Source: Azolla caroliniana
Lineage: Eukaryota; Plantae; Polypodiophyta
DNA: 64,000 bases
Direction of reading: 5' to 3'
Assembly (NCBI GenBank): GCA_043228905.1
Contig: JBHGNT010000009.1
Location: forward strand, 3,844,001-3,908,000
Under the pieces are notes generated by a model, which made no database searches, was not told the origin of the DNA, and was given only the letters and a program-made list of their open reading frames with translations. The translations under genes were made by a program, and so were the position numbers. Position 1 is the stretch's first letter; the number at the start of each line of letters is the position of its first letter. Positions 22,824 to 35,800 of this stretch are shown here, piece by piece.

Positions 22824-25800
22824 GAATCCATTCACCCAGCTTTTGACAATTTCCCCGGCGAGGGTGCCGAGCTGGAACGTGCCATTAAACTCATCAATAA
22901 TCTAGAAGGGGCCGGTCCATCGAAATCATAACTTTCCTGGCATAGCACCGAGTCGCGTCTGGAAAACGAGGACCGGTTTGCCTATGGTCAGTTCTTGTTC
23001 CAATCCTTTTCGATGTCAGTCCACAAAGGCTTTCCGTTGTCGTTGGTGCTGTTCAAGTTGGGCCATGCTCGCTACTCGGTCCTCGTCAAGTTTGAGGAGT
23101 TGTTCCAGCCTCAATTTTTCAGATTGGGCCTCGGGGAGCCGTGCTTTAACTTGAACTCGGAGACTCGGAACTTGGAACTCGATGGGCATAACGGCTTCAA
23201 GACCAAAAGCCATCCAAAAGGGGGTGGATTGAATGCTGATTTTGAATGTAGTGCGATAAGCCCATAGTGCACTCTGGAGCTTGTCATCCCAATCAATGTG
23301 GTTCTCGTTGACGATCTTCTTCAGGATTGTTTGGAGAATTTTGTTAGTCGATTCTACCAATCCGTTTGCCTGTGGGTAGTATGGTGTACTTTTCTTATGT
23401 ACCACCATGTAGTGTGTCGTAAGCTCGCATATTATATGGTTTATAAAGTGCCCACCGTGGTCACTAACGAGCTCAATTGGGCATCCATAACGGCACCAAA
23501 GATGTTCGTACACGAATTTGGCCGTGGATGCTGCCGTGTTGTCTCGTAAAGCCTTTGCCTCGACCCATTTTGTGTAGTAGTCCGTGGCCACGATGATATA
23601 CTTATTACTGGTTCGGGCCGCGACTGGTTTGAAGGGTCCCACAAAATCTAACCCTCATTTTTGAAATGGTTCCAATGGAAGAATGGGTTGGTGTGGCATT
23701 TAAGATTGTTCCATTGGTTGTCCCAATCGTTGGCCCAAGTCACACTGTCGGCAGAACTCGTGGGCATCCTTTTTCGTTGTAGGCCACCATAACCCACTTT
23801 GCCATACTTTCCTTGCCGTGGACTCTCTGATGTAGTGTCCGCCTGCGATTCCTAGGTGGGCCTCTTGGAGGATGGCCTTCTTCTCGAATTGTCGAATGGC
23901 CCGACACCATAATCCGTCCGAGCCTTTGTGGTAGAGGATGTCGGAAACGAGACAGAAGTTGCAGCTACGTACTGCGAGTCGTTTTCGTACATCGAGGGCC
24001 ATGTGGTCGGGAGGCAAGCCAGTACTAAGGAAATGGGTCATCTCCGTGATCCATTCATCTTCTTTGTCGTTTGGCAGCGTGGTGAGATGAAATCAATCGG
24101 GTAAATCGTCATACGTGGGCTCGGCAAGGTCTCCCGACTCGAGGCGGCTTAGGTACTCAGCGACGATGTGTTGGACTCTAGGTCGATGATGTATATGAAA
24201 ATCAAACTCTTGTAATAGGAGCATCCATCGAGCCAGTTGACCTGTCAGGGCTTGTTTATTGACCAGGTAAAGGAGGGCCGAGTGATCGACTTGAAATGTG
24301 AATTTTCGGCCTAAGAGGTAATGCCGAAATTTACTGATGTTGTAGATCATACCGAGGGCCTCCCATTCGATGGTTGAATATTTCTTTTCTGCGGTCGAGA
24401 GACGTCGGCTAGGATAATACACTGGCCGATACCAATTTGGGGGCGTGCATTGCATAAGTGCGCTCCCGATGGCGATATCTGATGCGTCCATGAAGAGGTG
24501 AAAAGGTTCTGACCATATCGGGGGATGTACAACTGGGGCATGCGAGAGCATTAATTTCAATCCTTGGTAAGCCTCGTCCTCGATTGAAGTCCATTGAAAG
24601 GGGAGTCGATGCACCGCCGCGTGTAGTGTTGTCGCGAAATCGGCCAGGTGGCGTATCATTCGACTGTGCCATCTGATTTGTCCCAAAAATCGGCTGAGGC
24701 CTTTTGCATTCGAGGGTGCGGGGGCGTTTAGGATGGCTTGTACTTTATCCGGGTCCATGGCGATACCTTCTTGACTGACGATGTGCCCGAGAAGGTTGCC
24801 GCTTGTGACCAAGAACGCGCATTTTGCCGGGTTTAAACTTAACTGAGCCTGACGACCTTGATCAAGACAGAGACGTAACTGGGTCATGTGTTCCAGTTGC
24901 TGACCATATACGACGAAGTCATCGAGAAAGACTTGCATGAACGCCAGGATATACTCGTTAAAAATATCGGTGATGATGCGCTGGAACGTGGTCGGCGCCG
25001 TTTTGAAACCGAACATCATTACCTCTACCACGAAAACACCCCATTCCGTGACAAATGTTGTTTTCTCCTGATCATCTGGGTGCATTCTGATTTGGTTGTA
25101 ACCACTGAACCCGTCTAGAAAGTTGTAGCATTCATGACCTGCCACCGTGTCGAGAACGTTATCCATTGTCGCGTTATTACGCGCGTGCGTGTAGAAGGGC
25201 GAGACCACGGGGGTCTTGGACTAGGGAGTGTTGGAGCGTAGGAAGTCGGGCTTCACCATTCCCGGGGCATCTCAGAAGCACACCGGAAGCAACCGAGGGG
25301 AGAGAGGGAGAGAGCGCTTAACACCGACTCACGCACACACACACATGCTGACCCGCCTCGCGCCCTGATGTACAAGAAACGCAGGAAAGGGGAAACACCT
25401 GACACGAACATAGACGCGAATATACACAGACAGACGCAAATATATATATATATATATATATGTATAAACAAAAGAATACATCCCCGGCTTCGAGCCAGAC
25501 TGAGGTAGGTTACAGTAGTCGTCTGTTGCCAAGCCGCCGTCGGGGAGCTCTCAGCTCGTCGCGCCGAGCGGGGTCTTGCACAAGAGGCCGAACCAAAGCA
25601 AACCCTAAGCGAAACACGAAGAAGGAGAAGAAGAAGAACCTAACTCTAAACCTAACGGTATACCCTCTATTGCAAAATGGGCAACCCTTTCACAAAGGGC
25701 GTTCCCTTCCTTTTATAGAACAAGGAAAGGGATGCGTTACAATGTGGGACAAATCCCGCCTTCCATGGGATCGTCTGCCCCGACTTGACTACTCTTCGGC

Positions 25801-28610
25801 GCCATAAAGGCGCCCTCGATATTCACACTAAATGTACATGGGTGTGTACACACGCTGCACCCCGCCGATGTAGCCAATGTTTCCCGGTTTCTGCCTTTGG
25901 CCGAAATTCTTCACGACACCGTGAATAGGAGAGGGAATCCATCTGTGACCGTTGCAACATTAAGCTTGCGGTAGTCGACACAAACTCGGATTTTCCCATT
26001 TTTCTTGGGGACATCTATGATTGGGCTTAACCATGTGACGCGTTTTACAAGTCGTATGAACCTGACTCGGAGGAACTTGTCTATTTCTTCCTTGACCTTA
26101 GCCGCATAATTGGGGTTCATCCGGTATCGTCTTTGCTGAATCGACCGAGCGTCCGGGAGAAGTTGGATCTGGTGTTGGTAGTATTGTGGGTCCAAACCCT
26201 TCATATCCGTGTAAGACCATGCGAATACATCCTGGTAATCGGTGAGTAAATGTATGAGGGTTGCACGTTCGCTGGCTGGTAAGTTATTAGCAATCTGTAG
26301 GGTGCGAGGGTTCTCGTTCGAACTGAGGTTCAGTGTTTCGAGCGTTGATGCTTTCACTCATTGGGAGATGGCGAGTTCATGTTCAAAAGCATCCCGAGCG
26401 TGTCGTAATTCTGCGATGGTGGTGGGATTGGGCTCATCCTGGGGAGGTGTATTCACCGTGACTTCCTCGTCTAGAGGTGTGCCGACGGCCGCCATGGCAT
26501 CGATTTTGAAGAGAGGTATGATATTGGGATGGTCTTCTAGGAAGTCATCCACCTCGTCATCGGCTAACCCTTTGAACATGTGCACCCCTTCCGCGTATAA
26601 CGGTGAGGTGTTGTGGGGCGTGGTTACGCATTCTTCGGTTATGACCCGGACCTTGGTCTTTCCTCGGCAAAACGAGATCATGTTGCACTGCCAATGTTGT
26701 TTGATATTTGTTGTGCGCAACCATGGTCTGCCCAATAACATTGGGTAAGCCCCCTATGCTTCGAGTCATAATACAATGGCCGAGATAGTGAACATGTGGC
26801 CTACTAGAGTAAAGTCGAGGTGGCGGATTAATTCGATGGGGCGAACCAATCGTGTGTTGGCCATCCGAAGCCAAAAGGGGCAAGGTTCCCATTGATTCAG
26901 GTCGAGTTTATGACAGGTAGCCTCATTGATGACATTCACGCCAGAGCCGTCTTCGATTATGCACTCGTGCAGGTGCCTTCCTTTAATCATAATTTTTATG
27001 GCTGGATTCTGCGCATCCATGAGGGGTGGACCCGTTCCTGGCTCGATCAGGTGCATAGGTGGCGCGGTGGAATGGGTGTTGGCCGTGAGTGTAGTCAAGG
27101 TGTCCCGAAAACGTGGCATGAGTGGTAAGAGTTTATGCAGAGGCAAGGAGATCCTGGAACTGGTAAGGGCGTCCCACAACTGGTCATCTTTTGTCGACGT
27201 GGATGGTGCCGAGGACTGTGTTGCTCCGATGGTCACGTCGCCCATTTATGTTTGCATCCGTACCACATTGTTTTTGTTGGCCGTATCCATCCATTCTTTG
27301 GTTGCTTGCCGAACTTCATCTTGTACTTGCCATGGGGTAGCCTAGGCTTTGTTGCGTGTTGTGACGTTTTGCACGTCGGCCATAATACTATTCATGACAG
27401 GAGCCTTTCCGCGGTTTGTTGTTGGGCATTGTGTACCGTAGTGACCGGGTTGGTTGCACTTGAAGCAGGTAACGACGGCCAAGTTGCTGGTGCCAACCCA
27501 ATCTATGTGTGTGGGGGGGTGCGGTTGATTCCCGACCTCGTGTGTTGGTGGGTTGGTCTAGGGCGCGTTTGAGCTGTGCGGTTCATTTTGCGGGGGGTCC
27601 CGACGACGGTTGTCGTTATTCCTTCTGTTGTTGCACGATCCTTGGTGAGAGTTGCGCCGATCATTACGGGAATTTCGCTGATCGTATCGGTCCTTCTGAT
27701 CATCTTCATTCTGATCATAATCGTCATTTGCTCGATACTGGTCATCGTGATAGCGATCACGACGGTCATCCGATCTCCATCGATTGTCGTTTCGGTAACG
27801 GTCGTCGTCCCGACGGTAATCGTCGTCACGGCGCCGTCTATCCGGCGATCGGGGTCGTTAGTTACCTTGGTTCCGGTAGGATTGTCGCTCGTCTTGATGA
27901 CAATATGTATCCCTGGGCTCGATCTAGCGAACTAGGGTCGTCGTTGTGCGGTTGAGCATATTGTATTCAGAGTGCTCGACAATGTGAGATCGGGACTGGC
28001 AGATCAGACATTGTGGCCGGTGAGGACATTCGAGGGCCAGATGGCCCGATCCCGAGCAAACTGTGCATTGGAGGGCTTGGCAGAAGCGATTGTCCTCCTA
28101 GGGAAGGGCGCTTTGCATGTGAACTCATAGAGAAAGTCGTGCTTTGCTGAGTCTGATCGAGGGCGACGACGCATGCTATGACTTGCTCGATTGTTTGGTT
28201 GGCAAAATAAGTGCGAGAGTCGTCCGTAGAGGCTCCCGTTGGCTGGACAGGAATGCGTCCGGAATGTGATGTGCAGAGACATCGTCGACCACTTGTCTGT
28301 AGAGATCCCGGAACCGGATCGTGAACTGTGCGACCATCTCGTGCGGTTCTTGTCGCATGGAAAAGAACTGTCGGAGCAATTCTCGTTTGGGCACCTCGCG
28401 ATGGAACAGTTCTAGGAACTGCGTGCGAACGTCGTGGAAGGTGACAAACTCCCTTGTGTCGAGGCTAGAATACCATCACGCAGCTGGTCCATTGAGGCAT
28501 AGCGTAAACTCGGCAATTTTTGAGGCCTTGATTTCGGCAGGGGAGAGTCGCTGTATTGAGTGGTTGGCCTGCCAGGTGGACACGAAGGCACGGATGTGCG
28601 AACTGCAAGT
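22824..28610 (-). pseudogene. Ty3/Gypsy gag-protease-RT-RNaseH-integrase (non-chromovirus-like, disrupted, no own LTRs)
   Basis: gag (HIRAFVSTWQ...WYSSL...FLELF), protease-like CIIEDGSGVNVI, RT (CVDYRKLN, FLDGFSGYNQI, VFLDDF), RNase H (DASDIAIG, VDHSAL), integrase HHCC (H..GH...C..C) and core (GCPIELVSDHG, YYPQANGLVE, RWTGPF), in Gypsy domain order. Confidence 0.92.
25167..25918 (-). mobile_element. Solo LTR (752 bp) inserted in the Gypsy RT, 4-bp TSD
   Basis: Termini TGTCG...CGACA; flanks CCAT (25163-66) and CCGT (25919-22). Removing it restores RT FPLLFT-DNVLD. A minus-strand TATA-like motif lies near 25715. Confidence 0.85.
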
Positions 28611-28625
28611 CTATCTGATACCACT

Positions 28626-29979
<1,354 letters not shown>

Positions 29980-29989
29980 GTAAATTTGG

Positions 29990-31156
29990 CTATCCATAGT
30001 CATGTTCATTGTATTGTCATCATGATTTCTTCCACTAATAGCATTGATTGGAGATCAAAGAAAGATGTTGGTTTCTCCTTTGTGAGGATGGTAGATATTA
30101 ACACATCAAATCATTCTGAAAGGTCACTAAGACAAATCTCCACCATCTCCACCATCTCCTCCTACTCCAACCCTCACATATATTGAGTGTTATGTATGTA
30201 ACCATAACTGATCATGAGCTAGGTTTGTGTGCTACTACTTGACCACTTCTTATAAAGTAGTCAAGCGTGAACACATTATGACCTAGGGTTTATACCTATA
30301 TAAGAAGATTGGTTACCTTCTTATCATGGGGAGGCTTAATTTATGATGAGACTACGGCAATGTGGTTCAGCACGTGCGGTCTCGTAGGACTTGAGGTATG
30401 ACTGACACCAACCCTTGATGGTATGAGAAATTGAGGAGGTTCAGGTCCGTCTCATGTTGTTGTTAGGGGGTGGTCAAGTGGTTTAGCACCCATCTTTCTA
30501 GTTTTTTGTCAATATTTGCTAATGTTTTGCTTAATTAATTGTTAGACTTTTAACATTGAGGCTCTATGAATATTGTCACAAGAGATTGTATAATACAAAA
30601 CCAAGAGATTAAAGTTGAACCCTCTCAACATTTGCATGTTGTTAGTGCCGCAATAAGGTTTTTATACATCGTCGTTGCCTTTAACCATTCGTGACTAGAG
30701 AAACTTAAGTTTCATACCGAGGCAAACTGAGTATGGTCAATGCACAATAGCATGAATATCAATAAGTCATCCAACAAGTTAGATTATCCACAATCATGTT
30801 CTGTATTGTCATTGTGATTTCTTCCACAAATAATATCGATTGGAGATCGAGGGAAGACAATGGTTTCTCTTTTGCTAGGATGGTAGATATGAACACATCA
30901 AATCATTGTGAAATCTCATTAAGCCAGATATCCATAACCTCCTCCTACTACAACCCTCACATATATTGAGGCTTTATGAATATTGTTTCTTGAGATTGTA
31001 TAATAGGAATTCAAGAGAACCCTCTCATCATTTGCATGATGCTAACGCTGCAACAAGGCTTCTATATATAACCATCACCTCTAACCATTCATTATAGAAA
31101 ACTAAGTTTTATAATGAGGCAAAGTGAGTATGGTTAATGCAACATAACGTGAAGAT
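29990..31156 (-). repeat. Diverged tandem duplication (~430-bp unit) of a Copia gag fragment
   Basis: 30001-30187 plus 30561-30790 align with 30795-31156, continuing after the LINE at 43129. The minus strand reads EMVEICLSDLSE*FDVLISTILTKEKPTSFFDLQSMLLVEE, similar to EMVHVCLEGLASKF...MPSFFDL*SMLLVEE in the gag near 37500. Confidence 0.7.
30188..30555. mobile_element. Solo LTR (368 bp), TSD TTGAG
   Basis: TGTTA...TAACA termini; TTGAG at 30183-87 and 30556-60. It is absent from the paralogous repeat copy at ~30965. Confidence 0.85.
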
Positions 31157-31543
31157 ATGATAATCGGTTGACTCTGAGAATCTATGAGAGCTTCAGTGTC
31201 ATCATCGATGCCCCTGCAACAACCTTGCGACGTCTTCCTCTCTTGTAGAAGTTAATGACCGCCAAAATCAGAAAGCACTAGCAGAGAAGAGTCTATCTTG
31301 GTAATCCTCTTCTCTATTCTTAATAATGAATTTATTTAGCAAAAATTAGGGAAGTTATTACATGTATAAGGAAGAGGGAGGGAGAATACATTAATGAAGT
31401 ATCTACTCAACTATGGATGGACTGTCGACATCAACACCATGAGAGCGATCCGGTGTATCAGCTCTCAACCCAATCTCTGTCGAAGGGACTTTAGACATCA
31501 ACCTAGCGCCAAAGGATGAAGTGACTATTATGCAAGAGGTGGT

Positions 31544-32758
31544 TTGTCTTCAGGTCGTCTCAATAGTGGTACAGGTTTTGGAAGCCGACCGAACAAAGGG
31601 GATTTTCAGCATATGTTACAGTCTTCTATCCAATCAAACTTGGATAAAATTATTAACATTAAGATATTAGGACGTGGTTTCTATCAATTGGAATTTGAGA
31701 ATGACAAATCAGTCTCTCGTCTCTTGTCTTTAGGCTTGACGGATCTTAAGGGTGCCTTGGTGGTGTTTTATCCTTGGTGTCATGGATTTAATATGACTGC
31801 ATTACAGGAGGATTTAGTCGTTTTGTTCACTTGTGCGGTGGTTTTCCCAGGTTTGGAGAAAGAATGGAGGAAGATATTGCCTAAACTAGGTGCATCTATT
31901 GGAAAGGTCTTGGCATTTCACTCACGGACTATCAGTGAAATTGTTATGTAGGAATGGAGTTAAATTGCCACAATGGATTTGAATGTCAAAACTAGATGGA
32001 AATGCTTTTCAGAAAATTTAGAAAGTTGTATATTATGGTTTACCAAATCAATGTTATAGGTGTAAGGAAATAGGTCATCTTGCCAAATCTTGTCCATCGG
32101 AACAAGATATTACCGTGTACGGTGAAGGTCTTGCTCAAAAGTCTTTGCAATGGCACACCATGTATAGACAACAGGCGTTTCGGGGAAAGAAAAAAATTGA
32201 TTTGCCTAATAGAATTTATAATAATCCTTTGCAACATTTCCCGCTTTAAATTTGAATATTGTTTTAGAGGTAGTGGAAGCACACTACGAGGCTTTACCTA
32301 GTGTTGCATTGGATGATGTTGATACTCTGCATGCTATTATGGTTCGAGAGGTTGGACTTTGTGAGGATGTTGTGCCTATTAGTAAATCTTCAAAGGTTCA
32401 AAAGCTGGTACAACATTTAGAGGAGTAATCAAACATGCAAGTATGTCCTTTTAAGCCAAAAATTCAGCAAACTTCTATATCTAAGGTTATTGTTCCTTTT
32501 TCTTATGTTGATATTGTGAGAAGGAATGTAGAGGATCACTCTAAGGAGATGGTGTTGCATGCTGAAAATGTTCCCATTCCTTGTAAATTTTCAGTGTCTA
32601 ATAGTGTAGTTGAGGCTGTAGGGAATAACAAAATTAGAGTATACAAAGATACTACGAATTCTAATATGGAAAAAAGAATTACTAGAGCGGTTTCTTCAAC
32701 TCAAAAGGAACGGAGTGGTATCTTGAAGGATAAACGGTTGTTACCTCCCTCCTTATGA
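31544..32758 (+). pseudogene. LINE ORF1 remnant (DUF4283-like region plus CCHC knuckle)
   Basis: KILGRGFYQLEFEN...VFYPW; LPNQCYRCKEIGHLAKSCP at 32040-32097; stop codon 1 nt before the ORF2 ATG. The true start is uncertain. Confidence 0.75.
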
Positions 32759-32806
32759 TATGAATTCATTGACTTTACTCTCTTGGAATGTACAGGGGTT
32801 AGGAGG

Positions 32807-35800
32807 TGAAAAGAATGGCGTGCGGAAACAATATAGGAAAACCGAACAATAGAAAACGCAGGTTTAATGGAAAGCTTAGGTCTTCACAGTATGCACGGGA
32901 GAGATAGAGAGAGAGTAACACAAGCACTTAAATTCAAGAAACAATACTCAATATGTACATAGGATGTGCTCAGTGAGCACTTCTATACAAGCCCTGACAG
33001 TGGGCTGACACAAGTACTGACAGTACTTGACTGCTCAAAAATGAGCCTCGACACTTACTCCCAAAACTATTCCTTACGAGGAATATCTTTCTAACGGCCT
33101 TCTAGTCTACACACCGATACGACCTTTCTACGCACCGGTCTGCGTACCGGTTTTGTGCACCCAGTCTACGCACTGGTTACGCATCGTATTACGCACAAAT
33201 GTTGAGCTTGTCTCTCAACACTCCCCCTCAAGCTCAACTTGAGGTTCCGCCTGCTCTGCCGGACCTACGCTCCGGCTTCTCCTAGCTCCACGCCTCGCTC
33301 GCGCTCCTCGGCCTGTTCGACTCCGCGCGCTTCGACCCTTTTGGTCGACTTGTCTACTCCCACGGCCCTTCACAGGCTTGCTATCGCGGTGTTGGCGCTT
33401 CTCCTGCTGCCTTCTTTTCCGCTTGGCCCTCAGTTGATTCAGTGTATCTGAATCAAACATCCGAACCGACTCGACAATCTCCGATTGGTTTTCGCTCTCG
33501 TTCGAGCTCTCATCCGAGTTGGCTGTCTCCAACTCGTCTCTGGTCTTCTCGCCCTTGACGGCGTCATCTCCCCCATGCCTGGTTGGCTTTGGCTCTTTCT
33601 TTCGGCTACTCCCCTTGTGTCCGCTTTCGGACTCTTCCGTAGATCTGCTCTCGGCTTCTTCAGCCGATTCGAGGTCTTTTCCGCTCCTTTCCTGCTCCCT
33701 TTCGTGGTCATCTGGGACGTTTCTCCCCCCCAAGTTTGGCACGTCGAAGTGATGCAACCCAAGCGCACTTGAAAATTGCCGCAACTTGTCCAGACCAACA
33801 GGCTTGGTGAAGATGTCGGCGGTTTGCCGATCTGTCAGAACATATTGAAGTTCGACTTCACCAGAAAGGACACGCTCACGAACAAAATGGTAGTGCACCT
33901 CAATGTGCTTGGTCCGTGCGTGGAAGACGGGGTTCTTCGCGAGTTGGATGGTGTTGAGGTTGTCGTAGTAGATCGTCGTTGGATCGGACACCTCCTCCTG
34001 CAGATCCTTAAGTAGCCGCTTCAACCAAATGGCTTCGCATGTTGCGACAACCGCTCCTCTATACTCGGCTTCGGTGCTCGACAGTGCAACTGTCGGCTGG
34101 TTCTTGCTACTCCACGCTATCGCGGCACTCCCAAGAGAGAACGCATGTCCGGACGTGGATCGGCGATCGGCGACATTGCCGGCCCAGTCGGCATCAGTGT
34201 AGCCGACCAACTGCGGGGTTGTATCGGTCCGATATAGCAGTTCGCGGTCCTTAGTGTCACTTATGTACTGCAGTACGCGTTGCACACACTGAAGGTGCTC
34301 CTTGGTAGGTCGCGCCATGAACTGATTGATCACCCCGACCGGATAACTGAGATCGGGTCGGGTGATGGTCAAGTAGATAAGGCTTCTGACAACTTATCAG
34401 AACCTTGTCGGATTGCAAACCTTGCCGGAATTGGGGCGAAGCTTGACAGTTCTATCCAGAGGAGTCGAGACGGACTTACAGTCTGCCATCCCGAATTTGA
34501 AGAGCATATTCAGCGCGTAATGACGTTGGCTGATTAGTATTCCTTCGGGGGTGCGGATCACTTCGATCCTGAGGAAATAATGAAGGTCCCCCAGATCCTT
34601 CATGTCGAATGATGCCGCAAGCTGGAGCTTCACACGGTTGATCTCACCTAGGTCGGCGCCGATGATGACCAAGTCATCAACATAGAGTAAAATACTAACC
34701 GGCCCGAGTCGACCTTTCTGAATGAACAATGAGGAGTCCGATTTTGATGTCGCAAAGCCCATTTGACGCAGCCGATGCGTGATTTTTGCATTCAAGGCAC
34801 GCGGGGCTTGCTTCAATCCGTAAAGAGACTTCTTCAATCGACATACTGCCGACGTGTTCGGTTCGGAGTGAAATCCGGGGGGCTGTACCATGTACACTTG
34901 GTCCTCAAGCTCACCTTGCAGGAATGCATTCATTACATCCATCTGATGTAGGTGCCACCCCTTGGTTGCGGCTACTGCGAGCAAGACACGGACAGTCGTC
35001 ATCTTGGCGACCGGCGCGAACGTCTCATTGTAGTCGATGCCGTGTATCTGCGTGTAGCCTTTTGCCACTAACCGGGCCTTGTATCGGTTGACCGAGCCGT
35101 CGGTGTTGTACTTGACCTTGTACACCCACCTACATCCGATCGACTTCACACCCTTCGGTGCGTCAACCAGATCCCAGGTCTCATTTTCCGCCAATGCATG
35201 CATCTCTTCCTCCATCGCGGCGCGCCAATTCGCATCCTTCGCCGCTTCTACGTAGCTCCCCGGCTCACGCACTTCCGCTACACGGGTCATGTACGTATAG
35301 TGATGCGCCATGTACTCGTTGTATCCAAACCGCACAACTGGGTTCTTTTGGCAGGTAGAGCGGCGTAATCGGTCATTTGCCGATGTCGAGGTCTTCTCGG
35401 CCGACACGGACTTCGTTCCTGAAGGCCCGTCGCCGCTTCCCTCGAAGTCGGACTCGCGTCGGTCCGACCCGTTCCTATCCGTGCCGGAATCCGACACCTT
35501 CTTCTTCCCTTTCTCTTCGCGCGTAAGCCGTCTCCTCGGCTTCCTACACGGGGAATGCACGGCCGAGTCTCCACTACTCGCCGGCTCTTCATCGAACTGG
35601 TCGTACGGACTCAATCGTCCATTCGGTCCACTTAACCAAACCGAAATCGGACTCTCTTCGGGGGTCCCGATTTCAAGCTCAACCGGAGGCACCTCGGCCT
35701 CGCTGTCCTCATCGTCAGAACTCGGATTGGAGGTGAGGTCCGGAGTTGGAGGCAAGTACCAGGACACGGACTCATCAAACACAACGTCGTGGCTCACGCG

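Noticed and set aside
27503-27955. Thr/Val/Ile-rich overlapping ORFs that could suggest an env-like or extra gene
   Set aside because: They are alternative frames of the D-R-rich low-complexity repeat within Gypsy gag.
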